From contig DASXQR010000160.1 of NCBI GenBank assembly GCA_036507075.1, forward strand, positions 1 through 52,689: a DNA stretch of 52,689 bases, given 5' to 3'. Origin of the DNA: Acidobacteriota bacterium. Its GTDB lineage: Bacteria > Acidobacteriota > UBA6911 > JACQSX01. The translations under genes were made by a program, and so were the position numbers. A model generated the notes under the pieces. That model searched no databases. It was not told the origin of the DNA and worked only from the letters and a program-made list of their open reading frames with translations. Shown piece after piece: positions 34,536 through 43,216 of the stretch. How positions within the stretch are numbered: the stretch's first letter is position 1; each line of letters opens with the position of its first letter.

Positions 34536-35768
34536 GTGAAGAAAATTAATCTCAAGGCGTTTAAAACCGCCAACCACAGGATTCTGCGCGATATCAACGA
34601 GCTGATCGTACTGAATGTCATTCGTGAGCAGCAGCCTGTGTCTCGCGTGGCAATCGCCGAAATTACCGGGTTGGAGGAGGGCACGGTCTCCCGGATTATT
34701 CAGAGGTTTTTTCGCAGGGGGCTCGTCTACGAGGCGGGCGTCGGGACATCCACACCGGCAGGCGGACGAAAGCCGCGGTACCTGCACATCAATCCTACCA
34801 AGAGTTGCGCCATCGGCGTGGACATCGGCGCCATTGAAACACTTCTGGCTCTCAGCGATCTTAATGGCCACCTTCACCAGCTCAAGAAAATCCCGAATAC
34901 CAAAGACCCGCGCAAGTTTCTGGCAACTCTCGCCGACGAAATCCTGTCGCTGGTGCGGTTGGCCAATCCCTACAACGAATTGGGGGGAATTGGTGTGAGT
35001 TTGATCGGTTTGATTGATGCCGAAGAGGGCATCATCCTGGAAGGCGAGAACCTGGGCTGGGGATCGTACATCGAGGTGGGAAAGATTCTCAAATCTAAAA
35101 TCAAGCAGGATATACCCTTGTACTTTGAGAATGGCGCGCGGCTCTCCGCGCTGGGGGAGATATGGTTCGGCAGCACTCATCTGTCCGGATTTCGTAATGT
35201 CGTCTTTGTCGACATTAATGAAGGAGTGGGGAGCGGAATTATCATCAACGGCCAGATCTACAACGGATCTCGAAACGGCGCCGGCGAGTTTGGACATATC
35301 TGCATTGACCCCGCCGGGCCGAAATGTTCCTGTGGCAAATATGGATGCCTGGAGGCGTTTGCGTCTGATCTGGCCACGGTTGATCGCTATCGAGAGAAAA
35401 CCAAAATCAAGCCTTCATCCAGCGTCTCGCAAAATACAAAGATCGATATGAGCACGATTGTAGAGCTGGCGCGAGAGGGCCATGCGCACGCCCTGGAAGC
35501 CATCAAGGAAACCGCGCGCTACCTCGGTTTCGGATTGGCGCCAATAATCTATGGGCTTAATCCGGAAGCGATTGTCATTGGAGGGAAGATTGCGGAGGCA
35601 TGGCCTCTGGTGGAACGAGAAATCCTGGACTCTTGCGGCCAGCGAGTCTCCCCGCTGTTTCTGGAAAGTACCAAGATTTTTCCCTCCACGTTGCACGTCA
35701 GGCCCTGTCTGATGGGAGCCATCGCTCTGGTCCTGGCTCAGCGTTTTGCTGCGCCGGAGATTGTCTAG
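34536..35768 (+). CDS. ROK family transcriptional regulator
   Basis: N-terminal HTH (VSRVAIAEITGL..GTVSRI), GGRKP, IGVDIG, GVGSGII, AGEFGH, CSCGKYGCLE. Confidence 0.95.
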   Translation: MKKINLKAFKTANHRILRDINELIVLNVIREQQPVSRVAIAEITGLEEGTVSRIIQRFFRRGLVYEAGVGTSTPAGGRKPRYLHINPTKSCAIGVDIGAIETLLALSDLNGHLHQLKKIPNTKDPRKFLATLADEILSLVRLANPYNELGGIGVSLIGLIDAEEGIILEGENLGWGSYIEVGKILKSKIKQDIPLYFENGARLSALGEIWFGSTHLSGFRNVVFVDINEGVGSGIIINGQIYNGSRNGAGEFGHICIDPAGPKCSCGKYGCLEAFASDLATVDRYREKTKIKPSSSVSQNTKIDMSTIVELAREGHAHALEAIKETARYLGFGLAPIIYGLNPEAIVIGGKIAEAWPLVEREILDSCGQRVSPLFLESTKIFPSTLHVRPCLMGAIALVLAQRFAAPEIV

Positions 35769-35786
35769 ACGGCTGGCTTGGACGGT

Positions 35787-35980
35787 CGACAAAAACGTTA
35801 ACCGCCAAGAACGTCAAGAACGCCAGGAGAGCGCACAGGAGGGGGGCTGAAACTTGAAGTATGAAGGTTGTCACAGTGCGTGAGACGTCTGCATGCTGCC
35901 TTTATACTTCAAGTTTCAGCCCCCCTCCTGTGCGCTTTTCTTGGCGCTCTTAGCGTTCTTGGCGGTTAACGTTTTTGTCG
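35787..35980. repeat. Long inverted repeat (81-bp arms) built on a 9-bp-period element
   Basis: cgacaaaaacgttaaccgccaagaacgtcaagaacgccaggagagcgcacaggaggggggctgaaacttgaagtatgaagg and its near-perfect reverse complement; overlaps the last codons of the M20 gene. Confidence 0.95.
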
Positions 35981-37272
35981 CCGGCCACCCCACACCACTG
36001 GCACACAAAAGCCAGTAAACACTTGGCCGCTGCTACTGCAGAATCGATTTCAAGGTATTCGTCCGCAGCATGGGTGTTGCCTCCGCGCGCTCCCCACAAC
36101 ACAGCGGGAATGCCGAAGCCTTGATGGAAAACATACAAATCACAGGGGCCTTCGATCCCCACAATCGGGGGTTCTTGCCCAAGCACGCGGGCGGCGCAGG
36201 CTGCTAACTCGGTGACGAGTGGATCAGACTTTAATATGGACGATCCGGGCAGCGATCGAATGGGAAATTCCACGTCGGGTCTGGTCGGGAACAACTCCGG
36301 CGCGGCCGCTGTGATTCCATCCAGCCATGCAAAAAAATCCTGTTTCACTTCTTCCTGCTGCTCACCGGGCATTAACTGCCAGTAAATTTCCAGTTTGCAA
36401 ACTTCGGGAATGGTGATGGGCTCGGTCATCCCCCAGGGACTGGTGAACACCTTGGTGATTGAGACCGGCACCGGGTCGACGTGATCCGCGTAGAGTTCGT
36501 GCACTCGTGCCTTCTGGCGACGCCGGCGCGAGAAGTCTGAAAGCTTCACAAGGAAATATCGCAACTGATCGATGATGCCGGCTGGGAATTTTCCTGCCGT
36601 GAGCACTCCGCCCGCCGCCCTGAGGGTAACGTGTGCAACGCGGCCTCCGCGCTGCGCCGGACACACTCTCAAAAATGAAGGCTCTGAAATAATCGCCGCA
36701 TCCGCATTGAATCCACGCAAGCGCCCGGCGAGGGTCCCGTTGGAGCCCCCGAATTCCTCGTCCACGACCGTCTCAAATATCAGGTCCCCGCACAATTCCA
36801 CTCCCAGCTTGCCAAGGGCTTCCACGACGAAAAGATTGGTTCCTACACCACCTTTCATGTCGTTGGAACCACGTCCGTACAGGCGATTGCCTTCGACCTC
36901 AGCGCCGAAAGGCTGGCGCGTCCAGGGCTGCGTTCCGCGAGGCACCGTATCAACGTGTCCCGAAAGCACCAGAGATCGACCTCCTCCTAGCCCTTTGCGT
37001 CGGGCGCCCACATTTGGCCGTCTGCTGTAGTCCCGTCCTGTCCAAAATAATGGATGCTCCGACAAGCCCTGCACCTGACCAGGCAAGTAAACATCTGCTT
37101 CCCACCCGTGCTGGCTTAGGAAATCAGCAACGTATTGCTGGCAGGATTCCTCTTCTCCGGTGGGCGGCGTATTCTCAGAAGGAATGCGAATCAAATCCCG
37201 GATGATCTCGATTAAGCGGTCCTGGTTGTTTTCTACGAAACAGGAAAGTCTATGTTCTAATTCAGCGTGCAT
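35950..37272 (-). CDS. M20 family metallo-hydrolase (ArgE/DapE-like deacylase)
   Basis: LSGHVDTV, YGRGSNDMKGG, VDEEFGG, ISEP, HAADE; ATG at 37272 chosen. Confidence 0.92.
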   Translation of the reverse strand: MHAELEHRLSCFVENNQDRLIEIIRDLIRIPSENTPPTGEEESCQQYVADFLSQHGWEADVYLPGQVQGLSEHPLFWTGRDYSRRPNVGARRKGLGGGRSLVLSGHVDTVPRGTQPWTRQPFGAEVEGNRLYGRGSNDMKGGVGTNLFVVEALGKLGVELCGDLIFETVVDEEFGGSNGTLAGRLRGFNADAAIISEPSFLRVCPAQRGGRVAHVTLRAAGGVLTAGKFPAGIIDQLRYFLVKLSDFSRRRRQKARVHELYADHVDPVPVSITKVFTSPWGMTEPITIPEVCKLEIYWQLMPGEQQEEVKQDFFAWLDGITAAAPELFPTRPDVEFPIRSLPGSSILKSDPLVTELAACAARVLGQEPPIVGIEGPCDLYVFHQGFGIPAVLWGARGGNTHAADEYLEIDSAVAAAKCLLAFVCQWCGVAGDKNVNRQER

Positions 37273-37310
37273 CGACAGATTTTCCCCACTCCGCGATTCT
37301 GCGTTTTCGA

Positions 37311-37341
37311 TTGACAGCCCAGGAACCGGAGGAGTATACAT
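37311..37341 (+). promoter_or_regulatory. Possible sigma70 promoter for 37428-39179
   Basis: TTGACA at 37311 then TATACA(T) 18 bp later; -10 imperfect. Confidence 0.35.
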
Positions 37342-37388
37342 CCGGAAACTTGTGAGCTGCAAGAAACATGAAAAAAATCAAAAATTTG

Positions 37389-37416
37389 AACCGCCAAATA
37401 CGCGAGGAACGCTAAG
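37389..37416. repeat. Solo arm of 9-bp-period element
   Basis: aaccgccaaatacgcgaggaacgctaag, same type as 35787 and 44337. Confidence 0.65.
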
Positions 37417-37427
37417 TGTGTAATATC

Positions 37428-39179
37428 GTGAAGTTTTGCCGAGTGTTGATATTTTGCCTCTTGCTTTCGGCTTCGCCCGGCCTCAGCGCCGAAGCCACGG
37501 AATTGCCGGGCCGATACTTCCGGTTGCTGGAGGCGGGCAGCGCCAAGGTCGAACAGCGATTGACGGCTGAACCGGCAGCCGACTTGAAGACGCTGGAAGC
37601 GCTTGCCGGCTGGCGCCATTTTCCCTATGCCATTCTGGCCCCTGCCGTGCTGTATGCCAAACAGCATCCGCACAACCTGCGCTACCACGATCCCGGGATG
37701 CTGGCCCTGGCGATCCGGATCGGCGACCTGCTGGCTGGCGAGAATGAGCGCGGTACTTACGAACCACGCCTGGACAGCGATTGGGATACCTACATGTGGC
37801 TCGAAGCCTATCGGCTGCTGGAGCGCCAGTTGGGGGAGGAGCGCCAGGCGCGTTGGAAGCGGAATATACAGGAGAACATCGACCACCTGGTGTCCAACGC
37901 GACTGAACGAATCGATTTTCCCTGGTACAATTCCCCTTACATCGGGACCTCGCCGAATCACTATGCGCTCTGGGCCGCGAACCTCCTGTTGAGCGGGCGA
38001 CTGTTTGGCGATAAGCAGCGGGAACACTTAGGCGCGCAGATACTTCACCGCTTCGCCGCCGTCGAGCAAACCGCGGATGGTTATTGGGGGGAGCATAGCA
38101 GATCAGGCCCAACCATCGGCTACAATCACCTCACACTGAGCGCCGTAGCTCTGTATTGGGAACTCACCAGGGATCCGGCAGCTCTGCAGGCGCTGCGCCG
38201 CGCCACTGACCTTCATAAAAACTTCACCTGGCCCGATGGAACTCCCGTGGAAGTGATCAACGACCGCAATCGACATTGGGGTGTCAGCGCCTGGAGTCAT
38301 TTCGCCTTTTCTCAGTTCCCTGACGGCCGCCGCTACGCCGAGTTCTTGACCGGTTTTTTTCGTCCTGACAATCTGAGCATCGACGCGTTGGGGCGGCTCG
38401 CACAGAACGCGTTGTATTATCGCGAAGGTCCCAGGGAGTCGATCCCTCAGGACCAGCCGCGATACTTCCGCCAGATGAGTGTTCCGGCCGGGATTCGCAA
38501 AACCGGGCCCTGGGTTGTCGCTCTCTCGGGCATCATCGACACACAAGCAATCAACAGCCGCTTCTATCTCGACCGCCAGGGCAATATCAGCGTCTTTCAC
38601 CGCAAGCTCGGCCTGATCATTTCCGGCGCCAACTCGAAACGCCAGCCCGAGCTGGCCACTTTCTCGGAACGACTCCTGGGTCAAATAATCCACATGCCCC
38701 TCAGCAGCCGCCTGCAAATGAGCGATGACAAGGACCGGCTTTCGCTTGCTTACAACACATTCTTTACTGACCTCTATGTGCCCGCGCCGTCGGACACCGA
38801 GCTGTCAATTCGAATCATCATTACCGGGAGAGGCAACCCGGCCGACGAGCCACGGTTGACGCTGCAGTTGTGCCTGAAGGCCGGCGAGATGTTGGAAACG
38901 GCTGCGGGTCGCAAAATCACTCTGGGCGCGGAACGAATCGAGCTGTCACCAGGCGACCTTGGCGGCTGGATCCGCCATCACGGTTGGACATTGAAGATCG
39001 ACCCCGCAGCCCGGCTGGTCTGGCCTGTTTACCCACATAATCCCTATGCCGATGCGCCGGAGACCAGCCTGGAATATGCCGTGGGCGCGCTTTCAGTGCC
39101 TCTGAATCTGAAAGCGCAACCCGGGCGCTACATTCGCCCGGGCGAGCAGGAAATCTTGTTTGCGCTGCAGTCGAACTGA
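37428..39179 (+). CDS. Secreted hypothetical protein; helical toroid plus beta domain, possibly lyase/heparinase-like
   Basis: Signal peptide, GTSPNHY, Q.ADGYWGEH..GPT.GYN, T.PDG....INDRN; product is inferred only. Confidence 0.8.
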   Translation: MKFCRVLIFCLLLSASPGLSAEATELPGRYFRLLEAGSAKVEQRLTAEPAADLKTLEALAGWRHFPYAILAPAVLYAKQHPHNLRYHDPGMLALAIRIGDLLAGENERGTYEPRLDSDWDTYMWLEAYRLLERQLGEERQARWKRNIQENIDHLVSNATERIDFPWYNSPYIGTSPNHYALWAANLLLSGRLFGDKQREHLGAQILHRFAAVEQTADGYWGEHSRSGPTIGYNHLTLSAVALYWELTRDPAALQALRRATDLHKNFTWPDGTPVEVINDRNRHWGVSAWSHFAFSQFPDGRRYAEFLTGFFRPDNLSIDALGRLAQNALYYREGPRESIPQDQPRYFRQMSVPAGIRKTGPWVVALSGIIDTQAINSRFYLDRQGNISVFHRKLGLIISGANSKRQPELATFSERLLGQIIHMPLSSRLQMSDDKDRLSLAYNTFFTDLYVPAPSDTELSIRIIITGRGNPADEPRLTLQLCLKAGEMLETAAGRKITLGAERIELSPGDLGGWIRHHGWTLKIDPAARLVWPVYPHNPYADAPETSLEYAVGALSVPLNLKAQPGRYIRPGEQEILFALQSN

Positions 39180-39199
39180 CTAACGGCGCGTTGTCCTTT

Positions 39200-39300
39200 G
39201 TAGAGACGCGACATGTCGCGTCTGAGCTGTGACGCGGCATGCCGCGTCAGGCGCAACATAGCTGGGCCTGGAGTTTGGACATTTCAGATCGCGTCCCCAC
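39200..39300. repeat. Composite GTAG-REP cluster
   Basis: gtagagacgcgacatgtcgcgtct, gacgcggcatgccgcgtc, and cctggagtttggacatttcaga (inverted copy of a module in 6527-6661). Confidence 0.88.
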
Positions 39301-39317
39301 CGGCCCTTGGGAAAATT

Positions 39318-40538
39318 ATGAATCGTCGTGAGTTCATCCAAGCTGGTGCCTCTCTTGTCGCCGGAGGCCGACTGCTTGCGACCGAAAAGATTCCCGCGGC
39401 TGACGAGCTGAGAAAATTCAGGATCACGCAGATCACAGGCTTCCGCCATGTCTGCCGGCGCCCGAAGCTGGTGGGCAAGAACTCGCACCTCGATGTTCAT
39501 GGGTGGGAGACCAGAGACAACGTGCTTCGAATCGCCACCGATCAGGGCATTGCCGGCGTGGGTGTGGGCGCCGCCACGCCCGAAAAGGCCCGCAGTCTGC
39601 TCGGGCATACGTTGGACGAGTATTGGAAGCCGGGCGTGGGAATGCTCAGCCCCCTGGAGCGTGCCGATCATGCCCTTTTCGATCTGGTGGGCAAAGCATT
39701 GAACCAGCCTGCTTGGAGACTTCTTGGCGGACGCGGCCCGGAGCAGGTCCCTGTTTATGATGGCGGTATTTACTTCAATGATTTATTGCCCGAACACCAG
39801 GAGCGCGGCGTAGCGCGGTTGCTCGAAGAGGTTGAAGAAAGTCTGAGAGAGGGACATCGGGCATTCAAGATCAAGGTGGGCCGCGGCTTCAAGTGGATGG
39901 ACCGGGATGCCGGCTTTCGCCGGGATATTGAGGTGGTCAAGGCGATACGCCGCCTGGTCGGGAAAAAGGTCAAGCTGATGGTGGACGCAAATAATGGCTT
40001 CGATCTTGAAACAACCCTGAAGTTCCTGCAGGAGCTGGGTGACGAGCTTTTTTTCATCGAAGAGATGTTCCCCGAACAGGTCGAGCAGGACCTTGAATTA
40101 AAACGTCGTCTGAAAGAGAAAGGATGGAAGACGCGGGTCGCTGACGGCGAGTCAGCAAGGGATGTCAACCATTTTGATGCGTACATCCAGAATGGAGCGC
40201 TCGACGTGCTGCAACCCGACATTCGGGCATTTGGCCTGACACGGCAGTGGGAGCTCTCGCGTAAGATGGCGGGTAAACCCCACATCAAGCTGGCGCCTCA
40301 CAACTGGGGCTCGTTCCTTGGATTGCATATGCAGGTGGTGCTGGCACGGGGCATCCCGAACTTCCTGCTGGCCGAACAAGACCGAAGCAGCAGCGATCTG
40401 TTTGACACTTCCGCATTCACGTTTAAGGAAGGCATGATGCGAGTGCCGGACTTGCCGGGATGCGGGTTAATATTGCGCGAAGATGTTTTCAAACAAAAAT
40501 ATCAACAAAACGCCTGGACTGTGACGGAATTGCCGTAG
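39318..40538 (+). CDS. Mandelate racemase/enolase superfamily enzyme with Tat-like signal
   Basis: MNRREFIQAGA, DHALFDLVGK, FKIKVG, MVDANNG, FIEEM, ADGES, LQPD, APHNW. Confidence 0.9.
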   Translation: MNRREFIQAGASLVAGGRLLATEKIPAADELRKFRITQITGFRHVCRRPKLVGKNSHLDVHGWETRDNVLRIATDQGIAGVGVGAATPEKARSLLGHTLDEYWKPGVGMLSPLERADHALFDLVGKALNQPAWRLLGGRGPEQVPVYDGGIYFNDLLPEHQERGVARLLEEVEESLREGHRAFKIKVGRGFKWMDRDAGFRRDIEVVKAIRRLVGKKVKLMVDANNGFDLETTLKFLQELGDELFFIEEMFPEQVEQDLELKRRLKEKGWKTRVADGESARDVNHFDAYIQNGALDVLQPDIRAFGLTRQWELSRKMAGKPHIKLAPHNWGSFLGLHMQVVLARGIPNFLLAEQDRSSSDLFDTSAFTFKEGMMRVPDLPGCGLILREDVFKQKYQQNAWTVTELP

Positions 40539-40551
40539 ATTCGCGTATGAG

Positions 40552-40707
40552 TTTTCACCACAAAGAAACAAAGATCACAAAGCCAGACGAGGGGCGGGCA
40601 GAGTCCGGTCACCTCAGACATACACTGCCACAGTTCACTTTGAGACCTGACCAGACTCTGCCCGCCCCTCGTCTGAATTTGTGTCCTTTGTTTCTTTGTG
40701 GTGAAAA
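40552..40707. repeat. 9-bp-period inverted repeat element with extended arms
   Basis: ttttcaccacaaagaaacaaagatcacaaagccagacgaggggcgggcagagtccggtca ... tgaccagactctgcccgcccctcgtctgaatttgtgtcctttgtttctttgtggtgaaaa. Confidence 0.95.
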
Positions 40708-42014
40708 AAACGGGTTCTGAGCCCCGAGGGCAGCCGCGGCGACGACAGCAGCTTGACGAATTCTTTCCAGCGGCGGTCCGGTCGACCTTCGGTCCCGCCA
40801 TGGGCCTCTATATATTGCTTCACCAGATCCTTGCCGAGATTATAGTTGATCACGTAGCTGCGGTACTGGTCGAAGAATCGTGTCCGCTGCTCGGCACGCG
40901 CCGGCGACATCAACGCGTAACGCGCCAGCCATGCGACGGCCGCGGCCCGATCAATTTCGCCGTTCAAATACCTGCGCGCGGCCTCATTCCCGGCGTACGA
41001 CAAGCGTTCGACCAGCTGTTGAATCCTGTAATACTCCTCGACGCGCCCGGGATCGAGGCCGGCCCTCGGAAACAAAACCTTGCGCTCGAACTCCAGCCGC
41101 TCGTTTCGCGGGAAGGCCACTTCAATGCCGTAATTAGCCGTGCCTTCCGCAATCAGCGATTGCGGCGAGAACAGTGCATAGACTGTGAACTCCTGCCAAC
41201 CCCGATCGCGCACCAGGTGTTTTTCCAGCAGGGCGTTGTAGACGTGATGTCCCGGGTAGCCCTCGTGACAGGCGAGATCGATGGCACGGTCGATATAAAC
41301 AGGCAGGTCCGTGTTGACTTGAATCAGGCTGTGATAGTTTCCCTGATACCAGTTGTAGGCGCTCCATGATTTCTTCGTGACGTACTCCACTCTGAAGCTC
41401 TCGGTCACGGGAAGCTGCACGTGCTCTAATGTACGCCTGCGGCAATCCGCGATGGCAGCATTGAAAACCTCGGCGAGCCTGGCCGGAGCAATGATGAAGT
41501 TCTTGCGGAACGCGTCATAGCGATCAACGAGCGCGCCGCGGCCGGGTAACAGCGGTTCGAGTTGATCGATGATCGCTTGAAAGTACGAATCCGGATGCGC
41601 CGGCGCGACCGCATCATAGAGCGCGCGCGACTCCTCGTCGAAGCTCAGCTTCGTTCCGGTCAGCATTCGCACCCGCGCCTGCAGCGATTCGAGTTGACGG
41701 TGGAGGTAATGGTACCGCAGTGTGACGAGCTCATTCCGAGTAGGGGGTCTGATCTGCAGGTCGCCCAGCACCCGGTTCGCTTCGGCGCCGATATCTGCCA
41801 GCGAAAGTTTCCGCTTCTCCACTTCCGCTCTCCACTCGGCCGGCCCGTAATAGGCATCGACGTAATCTGCGTCATGCCGGCCTACCGCGAGCACCAGCTT
41901 TACGTATCGTTCAGCGATCGTGTTCATGGATGGCGATTGCCTTGTCTGCGGCTTCACACTGCTAACGCAAAGAAAGAGAGCAACAAGTGTGGTCATCACT
42001 CTGGACGCGTTCAT
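40635..42014 (-). CDS. Secreted DUF885-like protein (putative zinc metallopeptidase fold)
   Basis: Signal peptide, WSAYNWY.G, CHEGYPGHH, SLIAEG.AN, YRSYVINYNLG; C-terminus runs through a repeat. Confidence 0.82.
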   Translation of the reverse strand: MNASRVMTTLVALFLCVSSVKPQTRQSPSMNTIAERYVKLVLAVGRHDADYVDAYYGPAEWRAEVEKRKLSLADIGAEANRVLGDLQIRPPTRNELVTLRYHYLHRQLESLQARVRMLTGTKLSFDEESRALYDAVAPAHPDSYFQAIIDQLEPLLPGRGALVDRYDAFRKNFIIAPARLAEVFNAAIADCRRRTLEHVQLPVTESFRVEYVTKKSWSAYNWYQGNYHSLIQVNTDLPVYIDRAIDLACHEGYPGHHVYNALLEKHLVRDRGWQEFTVYALFSPQSLIAEGTANYGIEVAFPRNERLEFERKVLFPRAGLDPGRVEEYYRIQQLVERLSYAGNEAARRYLNGEIDRAAAVAWLARYALMSPARAEQRTRFFDQYRSYVINYNLGKDLVKQYIEAHGGTEGRPDRRWKEFVKLLSSPRLPSGLRTRFFHHKETKDTNSDEGRAESGQVSK

Positions 42015-42067
42015 ACCTTACTCCGAACGGGAATTATGTTAAGCATTGTTCGTTGATTACCCGACAC

Positions 42068-42161
42068 GTAGAGACGCGGCATGCCGCGTCTGAGTTGGAC
42101 GCGACATGTCGCGTCCAGAGCGCCGCAAAGCGGCGCTGGCCGCGATATATCGCGTCTCTAC
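42068..42161. repeat. Composite GTAG-REP cluster bounded by GTAGAGACGCG...CGCGTCTCTAC
   Basis: gtagagacgcggcatgccgcgtct, ggacgcgacatgtcgcgtcc, agcgccgcaaagcggcgct, cgcgatatatcgcgtctctac. Confidence 0.92.
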
Positions 42162-42250
42162 GGTCCTGAATTGGCCAAACTCGAGGGCGCAGCTTATGCC
42201 GAGCCCGGGTCTGGGCGACAATTTTGGTCGTCATTCCGAAATTGCCGGCA

Positions 42251-43216
42251 TTAGGGTTTCGCGTTTTTTGCCATTCGAAGCGCCAAGTGGAGGGCGGATT
42301 TCATATTGGTGGGGTCCGCCATGTTCCTGCCGGCGATGTCGAATGCCGTTCCATGATCCACCGAAGTGCGGATAATCGGCAGTCCCAGTGTGACATTGAC
42401 CGTCCGTTGAAAGTCGATCAGTTTGGCGGGGATGTGCCCCTGATCGTGATACATCACAACCACCAGATCGTACTCTCCCTGAAGGGCCTTCACAAAAACG
42501 GTGTCGGCCGGCAGAGGTCCGTCGGGCGCGAACGGCCCTGACCGCGCCGCCTCGATTGCCGGCCCGATAACGCGCGCTTCTTCATCGCCGAACAACCCGT
42601 TCTCCCCCGCGTGCGGATTCAAGCCGCACACGGCGATGCGCGGGCGGGCAACGCCGAGCAGGCGACAGGCTTCGCCGCCCAGACGGATGGTCGTCACAAT
42701 TCGATCCTGTTCGAGCCGGCATGCCTGGCGGAGCGACACATGGGTGCTTACGTGCACCACCTTCAATTTGTCGCTCACGAGCAGCATTCGTGATTCGGAG
42801 ACGCTACAGAGTTGCGCAATGAATTCGGTGTGACCGGAAAACGATTCGCCCGAGAGCGCAATGGCTTCCTTGTTGACCGGCGCCGTCACCATTGCGTCGG
42901 CATCGCGCCGCAGACAGATTTGCGTGGCCGTTCTTATGTACTCCAGGGCGGCGCGGCCGCATTGTGCCTGCAGTTTTCCGGTGACCCAGCCGGCGGCGCT
43001 GGAGAAGTGATGAAGGTCGACGATTCGAAGGCCGGCCGATTTTGGAAGCCTGATTCCCGTCAGTTTCTCCGTCTGCGTCAGGACGACGCCGTCGCCGACG
43101 ACAATCCACTCGGCTGCGGTTCTAAGTTCGGAATCCGAAAGCGCTTTCACCAGCACCTCGGGACCGATGCCGGCTGGATCTCCCATTGTGACGGCGATGC
43201 GCAGCGGCTTGCTCAT
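42251..43216 (-). CDS. pdxA: PdxA-family dehydrogenase (PdxA2-like, D-threonate/erythronate 4-phosphate)
   Basis: TMGDPAGIGPE, TAPVNK, GHTEF, GLNPHAGENG, YHDQGH, RTSVDHGTAFDIAG; coupled to a DUF1537 kinase. Confidence 0.95.
   Translation of the reverse strand: MSKPLRIAVTMGDPAGIGPEVLVKALSDSELRTAAEWIVVGDGVVLTQTEKLTGIRLPKSAGLRIVDLHHFSSAAGWVTGKLQAQCGRAALEYIRTATQICLRRDADAMVTAPVNKEAIALSGESFSGHTEFIAQLCSVSESRMLLVSDKLKVVHVSTHVSLRQACRLEQDRIVTTIRLGGEACRLLGVARPRIAVCGLNPHAGENGLFGDEEARVIGPAIEAARSGPFAPDGPLPADTVFVKALQGEYDLVVVMYHDQGHIPAKLIDFQRTVNVTLGLPIIRTSVDHGTAFDIAGRNMADPTNMKSALHLALRMAKNAKP

Noticed and set aside
34488..35297. 269-aa minus-strand ORF
   Set aside because: Antisense shadow of the ROK regulator.
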